Below, piece by piece: positions 42,727 through 54,454 of a DNA stretch of 64,000 nucleotides. Positions within the stretch are counted from its first letter, which is position 1. The number at the start of each line of letters is the position of its first letter. The position numbers and the translations under genes are program-made. The notes under the pieces were generated by a model. It saw only the letters and a list, made by a program, of their open reading frames with translations, was not told the DNA's origin and searched no databases. Source of the stretch: Chloropicon primus (Eukaryota); assembly GCA_023205875.1 (NCBI GenBank), contig CP060769.1, forward strand, positions 372,001-436,000. Direction: 5' to 3'.

Positions 42727-44629
42727 ATGACGTCTGCGAGCAAGGTCATCTGTGCCTCCCTTGCCGTGCTGGTTGTCCTCTCGGCAACAAGCGTTGATGC
42801 TCAGTGCGGGCCGAACAAGGACAAAGCATACCGTATGTTAGCTGTGTTTCCCGCTTTGCCTCTTGCAGGTGGACGGATGCCTTCCCTCCACAGGGTTGAG
42901 AAACGAAAGCCACGAAAGATCCAAGATCCCTGACTCTTCCGTTTTTCCAATTCTTTTCTTCTTCACCTCTCCTTGTGTTTGCTCACCCTCTGCTTCTCTT
43001 CCTCCGCGCAGCACCTGGTAAGTTGTCAAGAGATAGGACACACAAGAGATAAGATTCCTCCTCAAACTAAACACAAACTCCTCTTTCCACCTCTCTCTCT
43101 CTCTCTCTCTCATTCATTCTGATGCTATGCTTGCTGGTGCTGGTGCTGGTGGTGCTGGTGATGCAGGTGCCACGGAGTGTCCGGCACCCGAAGGAGGTGG
43201 ACCCGGAGCACCCGAAGGAGGTGGACCCGGAGCACCCGGTGGAGGTGGTATCCCTGGAGGAGTCTCTGCCTCGGGGACCACCACTTCCAGCGAGTGCCAG
43301 CTTGCTGATGACTCCACCTGCATGACCGATGGCAGCTCCAACGAGATGTACAAGACTTTGTCGTACGACCAGACCACTGGAAAGTTCACTGGGTCCTTTG
43401 TCACCAATCAATGTGCGGACCATCCTTACGGAGACGTCGGCGTCGAGGGCGCGGAGATCAAGACGCACAGGTCTTCCTGTACCAAGCAGATCGTGCCAGA
43501 CCCAAGCTTTGAGGATGGGCCAAACGCTGCTCCTCTTCTCGGAACCTTGGGTTACAGTTACTCCGGTGGTGTGGTGATCTACGGGCCCTTCGAGGCCGGC
43601 TTCACCAAGGGCCAAGTCTGCGCGGACGGTGATTGCGAAGCTGGTGTGGACGTTCCCACGTGCTTTGCTGAACTCAATTACGAGTGCGATGGTAACGTCG
43701 ATCCAACCAAGGGTCTCGACGTCTGCGGTGGCCACGCCATGCCGTACCATTACCATCAGGATCTCAAGTGCAACTACAACGCTTCCACGTACAACTATGG
43801 CCACGCCCCTCTCGTCGGTATCGCCCTCGATGGGTACGGCATTTACGGTGAATACGAGGACTCTTACGGTGTCACCGCTAGACTGGATGCGTGCAATGGT
43901 CACTATGGCTTCGTGCCTGGAGACTTCGCTGAGAACCCTACTGCGGGCTCGCATTGTACTTATCACTACCATACCTCAGAGCTTGCTCCTTACACTCTCG
44001 GTTGCTTTGGTCCAGTGAACTCCCTCGAGGAGTGCATGAAGCTCTATCCTGACACGTGCGGAGATGGAACGATCAAGGTCATTACCAACGAGACGGGAGC
44101 TGACGGCATGGACTATGACTTGTTTTGCCCATGCTTCCAGCACTACCCGGGACCATCCACTTGCGATGACATTACCGAGTACCCAGTCGACGGCAATGGC
44201 ACCGTGCCGATCGAGTATCCTGATGACAGCAACACGACGGGGGGTAGCAACACGACAGGGGGCTATCCTTACTATCCAATTGATTACCCAGATGACACGA
44301 AAGACCCTGAGGACATGATGAAGCTTGAAGACGTCGAGAGCATCGCCAAGACCTTCAGGGTGTTGTTGAAGGGAAAGAAGTGCAACGGTTGTGGCACCGA
44401 GTCGGATTCTCATCCTTCACATGACCATCCAGGGTTTGCGCCGCCAATGCCACCACCACCTTCCCCGGTGGCTCCACCACCATATCCACCACCACCTTCC
44501 CCGGTGGCTCCACCACCATATCCACCACCACCTTCCCCGGTGGCTCCACCACCATATCCACCACCACCTTCCCCGGTGGCTCCACCACCATATCCACCAC
44601 CACCTTCCCCGGTGGCTCCACCACCGTAA
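42727..44629 (+). CDS. Secreted YHYH-domain protein with an extensin-like Pro-rich tail
   Basis: Signal-peptide exon 42727-42832, 6-nt micro-exon 43012-43017 and main exon from 43167. Motifs LDVCGGHAMPYHYH, G.ALDGYGIYG, LDACNGH and YHYHTS..PYTLGCF; C-terminal (PPPPSPVAPPPY)n. Confidence 0.8.
44450..44625 (+). repeat. 36-bp coding tandem repeat, about 5 copies (PPPPSPVAPPPY)
   Basis: ccaccaccaccttccccggtggctccaccaccatat repeated. Confidence 0.95.
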
Positions 44630-45276
44630 GGTCTTGGCCGGTGCAGAACATCACGAAACGCACGCGCGCGACAAGCACAAAGCGCCTGATTTTGTAAGAT
44701 GATGTTTTTTGTTTTTGCTAAAGCAATTCACGACCTCGTCTTGGATTCGTCCATCCATCCTCCTCTTGCCCCCGCGACTCTTTTCAAGCGAGACTTCCTC
44801 GGAAAAGAGAAAGAGGAGGAGGAGACAATGCATCATCCAAGTATTCACTCCTCTTCTCCTCCTCCATCCTCTTGCCCCCACCATTCTTTTCAAGGGAGAC
44901 TTCCTTGGAAAAGAGAAAGAGGAAGAGGAAGAGGAGGAAGGTGCAGTGCATTCCCTTCACGATCCCTCCATCTCCTCTCCTCTCCTCTCCTCTCCTCCTC
45001 TCCCTCTCTTGCTCTGGTGAGAGAAGTGACGCGGCCTCTCCTGTGGACTCGAGATGAATCGTAGTGGAGATGGATCCAAGCTGTAACTGCCTCCAAGATG
45101 ATTCCTGGTTCAGATACGCGACACAACCTCGACGCCTTGGCATTCGGCACCACGGCCTTGGATCAAAGATTGCCATCTTGGTGGCGTGGCAACAACCAAG
45201 ACTCTCGAGCTTGCCTGTTGCTCGACACAAAACTTGACTATCAACCATCAACATTAACATCATCATCTTCATCATC

Positions 45277-46458
45277 ATGTGTGGCATGTCCTTTTGCCGC
45301 TCGAAGAAAGCGACCATCGTGGAAGATCCAAGCCTGAGGCCTAAAGGTAAGCAGGATTGAGTTTGGTTCCACGGAGACATCGATGTATCTCCTCGTGCTG
45401 GTGGTGGAGCTTGTTCACTAATCGAATCGAATCAAACTGAATTGAATCGAATGGTGTGGTGTGGTGTGGTGTTCCCAGGTACCTTCAACGTGAGTGATGA
45501 CGTCTTTGCCAAGGCGAAGGAGTTGGTTCTCAATGGAACCATCGCCCCTTTCGAGGATGGGATCGATTCCGATGAAAGCTCGGACTTGGAGAATTGTCCC
45601 ATCTGCTGCTTGAGTTATCCTGCCCTGAACAGAACCAAGTGCTGCAGCAAAGATATCTGCTCTCATTGCTTCTTCTGCGTCAAGACTTCGAGGTACGAGA
45701 GAGAAGACGTGCCTAGCACGAAGCCAAAGAAGCTCAGGCACTTGCTGCTCGCCAATTGCCCGTTCTGCAAGTGCAAACCCTTTGAGATCTGCTTCACTGG
45801 CGCCAAGTCCATCGAAGAGAAGCAGAGGGAGAGGGAGGAAGCCTTGAGGGTGGAAGAGGCCTTGTGCAGAAAGAGGGAGGAGGACGAGCAGGCCAGTCGC
45901 AGTGGGACCGAGCACCAAGGGAGGGAGGGTTCGGTCCATGATTCGTCTTCGGAATCCACCAGCGGGCCTCCGTCGCCCGGAAATGATCACCCCGAGGCAG
46001 CGTCGCGGGCGCTCATAGGCAAGCACAAACCTGACGGCCATCACCTCAACTTTAATTGGGAAGACTCTCAGATTGTCATCAGAAACAAGCTGTGCTGGAC
46101 GTGCCTGAAGACTGACTGCTTGGTGAGGACGTGTCCGCTGCGTCCTGGTCCTAGGGATGAATCACTTTCGACGACGGAGCCTCGGGGGCCTCCACTTGCC
46201 GGCTTGGAAGGCGATTTCAGCCTCGCTCCTGGTCAAGAGGGGGAAGGTGGCACGCAGAGAGTCGCAATAGATCGCCTCCTGCTTAATCAAGCGATTTTGT
46301 CGTCGATGAATAGAAACCAGCAGGAGAACACGACGAGGACCTCGCCGGAAACGAGAGATCAGCAGAGTCGCACGAGCAGCGGCTCGCAACACACTCCGCC
46401 CATCGGTGGCTTCGATCTCATGAACCCCTTTGTGAGGACCGTGAACCTCGCTCAGTAG
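45277..46458 (+). CDS. GW2/DA2/Sip5-like RING protein, paralog 1, 2 exons
   Basis: G.IAPF, ENCPICCLSYPALNRTKCCSKDICSHCF, NCPFCK and F.GAKSIEEK..E. Intron 45347-45478. Confidence 0.8.
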
Positions 46459-47166
46459 AACCTAACGTCCATTCAATCGGGCACAAGACATTGTAAACCA
46501 CCTACTCCTCTAGCCTTGTATCCGATGCTTGCTCGCCGCCGTGGTAGTCCCCGCAAAGGTGCGTGCAGATGAACTCCATTCTTCTGCGAATAACCCCAAC
46601 CGATCGAGCTAGATTTAGGGACAAGCAACAAAAGACAAAGCGAGCATGAATCCCTCCTTCCTCCTTCCTCCTCCTCAGCACCACCATCATCCCCTTCCCT
46701 CGATCATCACCACCTCTCTCATTCCCTCTGTGTGTGTGTGTTGTCCTTTGATGAAACCTCCGCAGCATCCCCAATGAATGAAACACAGGGAGAAGCAGAG
46801 ACAGAGACAGAGACAGAGACAGAGACAGAGGAGGACAATGCAAGCTCCCCGCATGATCCTCCTCCACCCATCACCACCATCCCCTTCCCTCAATCATCAC
46901 CACCCTCTGGTCTGATCCCATGAGCCAGCGGCCTTGAATGGAGAGATGAAAAAAAAACAAATTAGGGGACAGAAGGGAGGGACCCAAAGTGAAGCATCGC
47001 TGAGGGAGCGAACCACGAAAGAGGCAACGAGGACAACCGAGAGCAACGAGGGCAAGGACTCAACACCATCCCCTTCCTCTCTCTCTCTCTGTCTCTCTCT
47101 CTCTGTCTCTCTCTCTGTCTCTCTGTCTCTTGACGAGAGAGAGAAGCGTTTGACAAGGGAGAGAAG

Positions 47167-48770
47167 ATGGGTGCGAAACTGTCGAGGTCGTCCTCGTCCA
47201 GTGCTGATGAGAAATACTTGAAGCCGGCAGGTACGTCACTCCTTTCCCTCTCTCCCTCTCTCCCACTCCATCTCTTTCTCTTGTTATTCTAACGCTGGCT
47301 GCTGTCCTCCTGCTTGCTTGGTTTTGGTTTTGCTTCTGTTATCACTTTATCAATATATAATATCATCCCCAATCATCAACCATGATGTGTTGTGTTATGT
47401 TGTGTTGGGAAGGCCGGTCGATGCTGAAGGACTCCGAGGTGAAGAAGCTGAAGAAGAAGGTGTTGACGGGGAAGCTGGCGCCGTTCTATCCAGGCATCGA
47501 TGGGGACGAAGTAGGAGTCTCGTCGTCGTCGGACTCGGAGGAGTGTCCCATATGCTTCCTGAGTTACCCTGCACTGAACAGGAGCAAGTGCTGTGGCAAG
47601 GGCATCTGCAGTGAGTGCTTTGTGCAGCTCAAGGTCTCGAACAAGCGTCCATCGAGCTCGAGCTCGAAGAGGCTTGAGCAAGCGCAGTGCCCGTTCTGCA
47701 AGGAGGACAAGTACGAGGTGGCGTACCACGGGAAGAAGTCTTGGGAAGAGAAGTCCGCGGAGCTGGAGGAGGAGAGGAAGGTGGAGGAAGCGAAGCAGAG
47801 GTGGCTTGAGAGCGAAAGGGAGAGGGACATGGAGATTGCTAGGAAGAGGAGCTTGGAGAGCAGCTCGGTGGCCCCGTCCCCGCAACCATCGCCCCTTCGG
47901 ACCGAGGGGCAGGCCACTCCAAGCCAACGACAAGGCGACACAGTCGCTGAGAATTCTTTCGAAATCGGGAGCCCACGAGGCGGGGCACCGAGCTCAGGGG
48001 AAGGGAGCCCCGCGTCGAGCACAGGCAGCCGCCGGGATGATGTGCAGGAGCGGCAACCGCAGCAGTTGCAGAGAAGGGAAAACAGCTACAGTTCCCAATC
48101 ACAATTGTACGCGGACTACATTCCCGCCCAATTCCAGGAGCTCAACGGGGTTCTTGGCAACCTCCCAGACTTGGACATCGACGAGCTGATGCTGAATCAG
48201 GCCATACTGGAATCGCTTGTTCAGGAAGCCGGGGAGCGCACAGTTGTGACGAATGTCGACGACGCTGCTGCTGCGGGTGCCAGAGCTCAAGGGGAGGAGG
48301 ATCAAATTGGGGAGGAAAGAGAGGCCTTGGAAGAGAGGGACGACGGCGGAGAAGCATCCGTGACTGACGCGAGCGATGAGCTCGACTCCGGGGTTGGATT
48401 GAGAGAAGAGGATTCCATAGTACCGCCGGAGGACGTGGGTGAGACGATGGACGAATCCAGCTCTTCCGAGTCTTACGAAGCCAGCGGGTCCGGGGAGATT
48501 GAAGCCTTGGGGGATGTTGAGCTCGTCGCTGAGATCGATCTCGAAGAGAGCATGGAGGCTCAGAACCGGATCATGGTCAACCAGGCGATCTTGCAGTCCC
48601 TGCGGGATCAAGAGGACTCTGAATCGAAGCCCTCAGCTGAACAAGAAGCTTCTGAGAATCCAGGCGACTGCGAGGGGCCAAGCGGCGCGGCAAATCCAGC
48701 ATCATCTGATGAGCAGGTCATGATGAACCTGCTCTCTGCGATGGACCTTCACAGCTCCCAGTCAATTTAA
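47167..48770 (+). CDS. GW2/DA2/Sip5-like RING E3 ligase, paralog 2, 2 exons
   Basis: MGAKLS (myristoylation-like), GKLAPFYPG, EECPICFLSYPALNRSKCCGKGICSECF, QCPFCK and DIDELMLNQAILESL. Intron 47231-47412. Confidence 0.88.
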
Positions 48771-48819
48771 TTTCCACAAGTGTACAACAAACCTGTCTTC
48801 GATAATATACAATTTCTAT

Positions 48820-50232
48820 CTAACTTAATTCCCTCAAGCTCATGACTTGCATTTTTCCCCAACGCTTGTCTCCCACTTTCTTGATCAAGCGCTTGAAGTG
48901 GACCACGTCCTCCTTTTGCAGAATCGTGACCGCCATCCCTCGCTCTCCCACCCTCGCCGTCCTTCCCACCCTGTGCACATAATTCTTCGTGCTCGAGGGC
49001 ATGTCGTAATTGATGACCAGCTTCACATCCGGGAGGTCTATTCCCCGCGACAAGGCATCGGACGCCACCAGCAAGTCTATTTCGCCCTTCTTGAACTTTT
49101 CCAGAGCTTCAAACCTTTCGTTTGGACTTCTCTTGCTGTTGTAAGCCTCGCACCTCCAGTCCCCGGACCCTTTCTTTCTGATTAGCGTGGTTATGAGGTG
49201 GCTCGCTTCCGTCGAATTCGTGAAACAGATCGCTCGTTGCTTGTCTATCTTGTTCAGCAGATCCAAAAAGGCGAAGGGCTTCTTTTCCTTGGAGCAAATC
49301 ACTCGAAAGTCTTCCAGCTGCTCTGGGAGTTCGTACTTGGACCCGGGCTGCCCGTCCTCCGGCGCATCGAAAGCGCTGATGGTCCTCACAAAGGTCTCCC
49401 TGATCTTCGCCATCTTGTTGGAGCTGCCCCCGATGGTCGCACTCACGGAAAGCCTCACCAGCCTCGATTCGAGGCAGTTGTATTGCGGCGAAAGGAAAAG
49501 GTTCTCCCGATCCGCCCGGTTTCTGTTGCCACCGCCACCAAAGCTGCCGCCGAACATACCCTCCACCTCCGCCTCCTTCTCCCTCGTTTTGCATTCCTCG
49601 TATTGCTGCAAGAGAAAAGGGATGCAATCGTTGTAGGACTGCTGCAGAAGCCTGTCCATCTCGTCGAGAACGAGGAACTTGAGGCCCGACAAGTGCAGGC
49701 TCTTCCTCTCCAGGTGGGACTTGAGACGCCCTGGAGTCGCCACCAAGACCGACACACCGCCCCCAGACCTTGTCCCACGCAGGCCATTCGGAGCAAGAAC
49801 GAGCTCCGCGCCGTGAATCCTTTCCCTTTTCGAAAGAAACTGCTCGCTCTCCTCGTCGAGGGACGCCAAGCCGCAACACAACCCAACGGAGACCGGTGAA
49901 CTTTCCCCTTCTCGGCAACCTTCCACGAGTGATGTGAACACGGAGTGCACCTGCATCGCGAGATCACGCGTGGGAAGTATCGTGATGCATTGCAATTGGC
50001 TCTCCTCCTGGCATCTCAAGCATTCCTGGACAATGGGCAAGGCGTAAGCCAAAGTCTTGCCACTCCCGGTGGGTGAACAGATCCTCATGTCGAAGTGACG
50101 CCGTTCTCCACCGGCTAATGCTCGCAAAGCCTTCTCCTGGATGGGAAGTAACCTCTCGATTCCGAGCCTCTCCAACGCTCTCACGAGCTCCGGCCTCAGG
50201 CCGACCTCCCCTAGACCAGCACCACTCGCCAT
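48820..50232 (-). CDS. DEAD-box RNA helicase, DDX51/Dbp6-like
   Basis: SPTGSGKTLAYALP, PTRDLA.QV, ATPGRL, DEMDRLL, SAT, SDALSRGID and YVHRVGRTAR. Confidence 0.9.
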   Translation of the reverse strand: MASGAGLGEVGLRPELVRALERLGIERLLPIQEKALRALAGGERRHFDMRICSPTGSGKTLAYALPIVQECLRCQEESQLQCITILPTRDLAMQVHSVFTSLVEGCREGESSPVSVGLCCGLASLDEESEQFLSKRERIHGAELVLAPNGLRGTRSGGGVSVLVATPGRLKSHLERKSLHLSGLKFLVLDEMDRLLQQSYNDCIPFLLQQYEECKTREKEAEVEGMFGGSFGGGGNRNRADRENLFLSPQYNCLESRLVRLSVSATIGGSSNKMAKIRETFVRTISAFDAPEDGQPGSKYELPEQLEDFRVICSKEKKPFAFLDLLNKIDKQRAICFTNSTEASHLITTLIRKKGSGDWRCEAYNSKRSPNERFEALEKFKKGEIDLLVASDALSRGIDLPDVKLVINYDMPSSTKNYVHRVGRTARVGERGMAVTILQKEDVVHFKRLIKKVGDKRWGKMQVMSLRELS

Positions 50233-50244
50233 GCTCCTCCGTGC

Positions 50245-50425
50245 TCGCTCTGGACCTCACCCCTTCCACCGCAGTTTTTCCCAACCACTCGGCCACTAAA
50301 TCCTTCGACCAAGGTATCAAACGAAAGCCCGTGAGATGTAGCCTCGACTGGTGCGGTCTTCTTCCCCTTAACTCCACGTCCTCGTCCTCGTCCTCCGCCC
50401 TCAAGTCCTCCCTCTCCCTCCCTCC
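50245..50425 (-). repeat. Dispersed ~180-bp promoter cassette, copy B (inverted relative to copy A)
   Basis: The reverse complement matches 26797-26975. It ends ~12 bp before the helicase ATG. Confidence 0.9.
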
Positions 50426-50474
50426 TCCCTTTCAGATTTTTTCGATGAAGCGACTTTTTCATTGAAGCAGGAGG

Positions 50475-50810
50475 GAAGGGCGTTACATGGACGCATCGAT
50501 CGTGGAGTGGAACTTTGACTCGCGCTTGACGACGGCAAGGACACGGGAACCGTCAGGAGAGGACGCGGAACGAAAGCGTGTCTCACGAGCTTTCATTTGG
50601 TACCTTGGTTGACCCTGTTGACACTTGAGAACTCGAGAAACGCGCGGAGGGAAGGGCGATTAGGTTGAAGGGCGTTACCTGGACGCATCGTGGAGTGGAC
50701 TCGTGCTTGACGACGGCAAGGACACGGGAACCGTCAGGAGAGGACGCGGAACGAAAGCGTGTCTCACGATCTTTCATTTGGTACCCTGGTTGACCCTGTT
50801 GACGCTTGAT
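50475..50810 (+). repeat. Tandem duplication with ~181-bp period upstream of a gene
   Basis: gacacgggaaccgtcaggagaggacgcggaacgaaagcgtgtctcacga at 50540 and 50721. Confidence 0.92.
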
Positions 50811-50816
50811 CAGTGC

Positions 50817-51365
50817 ATGATGGGACAGGAGGTTGCGGTATGGGAGAGTTACTTTGGGATTGGGAGGCCCAAGAGGAAGAGGAAAGAGCCAGTGAGGCTT
50901 ACGGACGAAGCGGAGTGGAAGAGGACGATGGAAGCCCCCCAGCACGCTACGGAGAATAGGCCAAGGAAGAGGGGCGGCGGTGCCAGTGATTCTGACCAGA
51001 GCTCAGGCTCGGGACAGGGCAAGGAGAAGAAGGAGGTGGAGTTTGTGCCGCTGTCGCCGAGTCCCTGCAACGGCGACGAGAGCACCGCCGCGGTCGTCGA
51101 AAAAACCGTGGATGAAGTGTATGAAGTGTTCCAGAAGATCAGAGGGACGGAGGAGTACCAGAACATCGAACCCGTCGTGAGGGAGGCCACGGAGAAGGCC
51201 GTTTCCAACTGCGCCACCCTCGCCGAGGCCAGGCAAGTTTGGCAGGAAGAACTCTCTGACATCGCATTCAAGGTGACCCTGCTGCTGACCGCCTGCAACG
51301 GTATTTTTAAGGAGGCGGGGGCTCCCTCGTTGCAACAGAGGTGGCTGGCAAGAACTAACAAGTAA
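50817..51365 (+). CDS. Hypothetical protein with NLS-like basic patches
   Basis: Open frame with host-like codon usage; RPKRKRK and RPRKR motifs. Confidence 0.55.
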   Translation: MMGQEVAVWESYFGIGRPKRKRKEPVRLTDEAEWKRTMEAPQHATENRPRKRGGGASDSDQSSGSGQGKEKKEVEFVPLSPSPCNGDESTAAVVEKTVDEVYEVFQKIRGTEEYQNIEPVVREATEKAVSNCATLAEARQVWQEELSDIAFKVTLLLTACNGIFKEAGAPSLQQRWLARTNK

Positions 51366-51389
51366 GCCTACTAGAACACATAACACGCG

Positions 51390-53495
51390 TTAATTTCTTT
51401 TCAAGAAGGCCAAGGCCAGGCATGTCAAGCAAGTCGTCACACACACACCCATCAGCATCTTGTTGGTCTGGTGCTGCGAGACGAGCAAGTCCTTGACGAG
51501 GTGCTCCAGCACCGCCGGGTCCGTTTCTTCCCTCTGAAGGTTCATCCCGCTCGCAATCCGCTTAAACTCATTGCTTGCGGTAGAATTCGTTTGGTACTCT
51601 TCCTCCGAGTCGTACATCGCCGGGTTGTGCCCCGCACCCTTTGTGGGAGACTGCCCCTGCGACACGAGGTCCTCCAGATCGTCCAAGCCAGGGATCATGA
51701 GGGGGATGTCTCCCCTCAGCATGTCCTCCGTCTTGTCACGCAGCTGCTGCGTCATGTTCTCCAGCTGAACTTGTTCGATGTAAGGGTAAGGTATGTAACT
51801 GCCAACAGGGCCGAGTTCCAACTTCTTTGCCAAGTCAAGGACCTCGAACCTCCCTTTGCCTTGGATCTGCACAAAGTTCCTGCCGAGACCTTCAACCGCG
51901 TCAAGCTTGATCTGGAACTCGTCGTTGCCCATCTTCACCGTGTGCCTTTGCATGATGAGGTAGATCGAGTAGCCCAGGGCAAGGAGTCCGCCCAAAATTC
52001 TCACGCTGACCTCGAAGCTGATTCCAGGGGAGATGATGAAGTCTCCTTCCTTGACCCACTCCTCGAACATGAGCTTGTACTTGCCGTTCTTGTTTCTCAT
52101 CCTCAGCCACGAGTTGCAAGTCTCCGGGTCTTCGCTCGGGGGCAGCAAGTAGATGTCATGGAACTCGCTCTCCTCCCTGTTCACGCAGACCTCGGGGCAC
52201 AATTCTCTCAACCTTTCCTCGGAGATCTGCTTCGAGGACTTGAGCGTGTAGATCGGGTTCTGAAACCCAGAGAAAGGGTTGAACTCGTTGTAGATCCTCA
52301 AGTGAGCCGTCTTGAGGTCCGGCTCGATGAAGGCCTTGTACATGGGGTACACCGTCTCCGATATCTGCTGAATGATCTCAGCGGGCTCCTGCCCGCTCCT
52401 GCTGATGTCACGAAGCACTCTCTTGACCAAGTCGAAGTGAACTCCGCCAGTGATAGAGACTCGGAGATCCATCCGATCCCTGAGCCTCGAAGTCAAGGCA
52501 TAGATGCCCTCGACCAGAACGATTCTGCTCTTCGGGGCGTCCACGGTCCTGTACCCGGTCCTCGTGCTCGTCTTGAAATCGTAGATCGGGGCCTTCACGC
52601 TCTTTCCGCTGCGGAGGCCCTCGATGTTCCTCAGCAGCAGCTCGTAGTCGGTCAGCCTCGGGTCGTCAAAGTTCCCGTCCACCAAGCGGCTCGCGTCGTT
52701 GTACATATCCATAGGAAGCACCGCGCAACCCGGAATCAGGGATTGAACCTTGCTGCTGAACACGGTCTTTCCAGCACCACTCGGTCCAGCAAGCCCCACA
52801 ATGATTGGCCTGTTGGCGTCCGTCTTCTTCACCAACAGCTGCAGTGCCCTGACGAAGAGGAAGAACCCTTTGTCGAAACTCAGCTCGTCCTTGATCGGCT
52901 CAATCGTCACCCCTGACTTTGTTCGGACCAACCTCAATTGGTTCTTCAGCAATCGGCTCTCAGACTTCTCTTGCTTCTTCATCATCGAGTTCTGGTGTCC
53001 CACGTAAGGACTCGCTTCCGCATGCGGTCCAGGACTCGGACTCCTGAACGTCGCTTCGTTCATCGCATTCTCGAACCCGTTCGAGGGTTTCGTCCCAGAT
53101 CCCATCAACTCCGTCTCGTTCATCCCCTCATCCCGTGAAGACGATTCCTTCATCTTCATTGTCCTCGCCGTCCTCCTCGTCGTCGTCGTCGTCAAGCTTG
53201 GATCCTCCTCCTCCTCCGCGTGGTTCTTCTTCTTCTTCACCAACCCAACGCTCGGTGATGATGGTGATACCATTGCGTTGTTGGTGATTGTCGTGGTCGT
53301 GCTCCCTCCGTCGTCGTCCTCGTCGTTGTCGTTTTGCCTCCTGTGTGTGCCATCTGGCTCAAGGGCGGCGGTGGTGGCAGGGAACAAGGCTTTCTTTGCC
53401 CGCGGTGCTTTGGCCGTGGACGCCGGCGGAGGAAAGGCGTCTGGCATCGGGGCCTCCTTCCTGCTGCTGGAGAGGACGAGGGTTTCGTTATTCAT
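51390..53495 (-). CDS. TTM: Triphosphate tunnel metalloenzyme TTM1/2-like (uridine kinase plus CYTH domain, C-terminal anchor)
   Basis: LSFDKGFFLFVRALQLL, VGLAGPSGAGKTVF, GNFDDPRLTDY, GGVHFDLVKRVLRD, ETVYPMYKAFIEPDL, DIYLLPP.EDPETC and LMFEEWV. Hydrophobic C-tail; start codon uncertain. Confidence 0.92.
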   Translation of the reverse strand: MNNETLVLSSSRKEAPMPDAFPPPASTAKAPRAKKALFPATTAALEPDGTHRRQNDNDEDDDGGSTTTTITNNAMVSPSSPSVGLVKKKKNHAEEEEDPSLTTTTTRRTARTMKMKESSSRDEGMNETELMGSGTKPSNGFENAMNEATFRSPSPGPHAEASPYVGHQNSMMKKQEKSESRLLKNQLRLVRTKSGVTIEPIKDELSFDKGFFLFVRALQLLVKKTDANRPIIVGLAGPSGAGKTVFSSKVQSLIPGCAVLPMDMYNDASRLVDGNFDDPRLTDYELLLRNIEGLRSGKSVKAPIYDFKTSTRTGYRTVDAPKSRIVLVEGIYALTSRLRDRMDLRVSITGGVHFDLVKRVLRDISRSGQEPAEIIQQISETVYPMYKAFIEPDLKTAHLRIYNEFNPFSGFQNPIYTLKSSKQISEERLRELCPEVCVNREESEFHDIYLLPPSEDPETCNSWLRMRNKNGKYKLMFEEWVKEGDFIISPGISFEVSVRILGGLLALGYSIYLIMQRHTVKMGNDEFQIKLDAVEGLGRNFVQIQGKGRFEVLDLAKKLELGPVGSYIPYPYIEQVQLENMTQQLRDKTEDMLRGDIPLMIPGLDDLEDLVSQGQSPTKGAGHNPAMYDSEEEYQTNSTASNEFKRIASGMNLQREETDPAVLEHLVKDLLVSQHQTNKMLMGVCVTTCLTCLALAFLKRN

Positions 53496-53926
53496 ACGCA
53501 ACGCATAGAAGAGACAAGAGACAAGGCGCACCAGGAGGAGGAGGAGGAGGAGGAGGAGGAGGAGGAGGGGGGGTGATGGATGATGAAGAGGATGGTATGA
53601 GGAGGCCAAGAAGGTCGATGGAGGACTGCATTGCATTGTGCCTTCGGGAGGGTCACATTGCTTGGCGACAGAGGATTGGGTGGTTGGGTGATTGATGGGG
53701 ATGACGAAACTCTCTCTGAGAGGAGGAGGGGGGGGAGCTTCGCACCATCCTCCTCCCCCCGGTTTTCCCGATGCGTTGCTACACCCAGGGATCTCTTGGA
53801 TTGGCATCAGCTGCGTTGGTTTGCCAGAGAAGGGAGGAGATGGTGATGATGTTGGAGATGATGATGTTGGTCACCGCAGGACAATAAGGTCGATCCGCTT
53901 GTGCGTACATATACATATATACACAT

Positions 53927-54416
53927 TTACATGGCATGTCTGAGAACGGACTGGCAGATGGCGAGCTGGGAGAGCGCAAACTTGCTGAATTGGTAAGCGC
54001 TTCCCACCGTTCTGCCGTCCTTGTCAGATTTCACGCCAGTGGAAGCATCCCTGACTTTGCCCACGACGGCCTGGAACGCCTCCAAGAGCTCCCCCTTCCC
54101 TTTGGCAGTGGCTCTGTCGATCGACAAAAAACACAGGCACCCGTGGTCAGATCACAGAAAAGAAGAGAGAGAGAGAGAGACGATGGCAAGTCGAAACGGG
54201 CACTCACCCTCTGTCCTCGATCAGTCGAAGCTTTGCATGAAAGGTGTGGGAGATCAGGAGCGTCGCATTGTCGATCAGTTCCAGCGAAGCGATCGCGTTC
54301 TTGGCGTGGACCTTGATATACTCCAGGACCTCGTCCTCCTCCACACTGCGAAAAACAAAAACAAAATTCAGCCAACAAATCACACGACCAAAGCAAGAGA
54401 CGCGTCAGTCTAAGTG

Positions 54417-54454
<38 letters not shown>

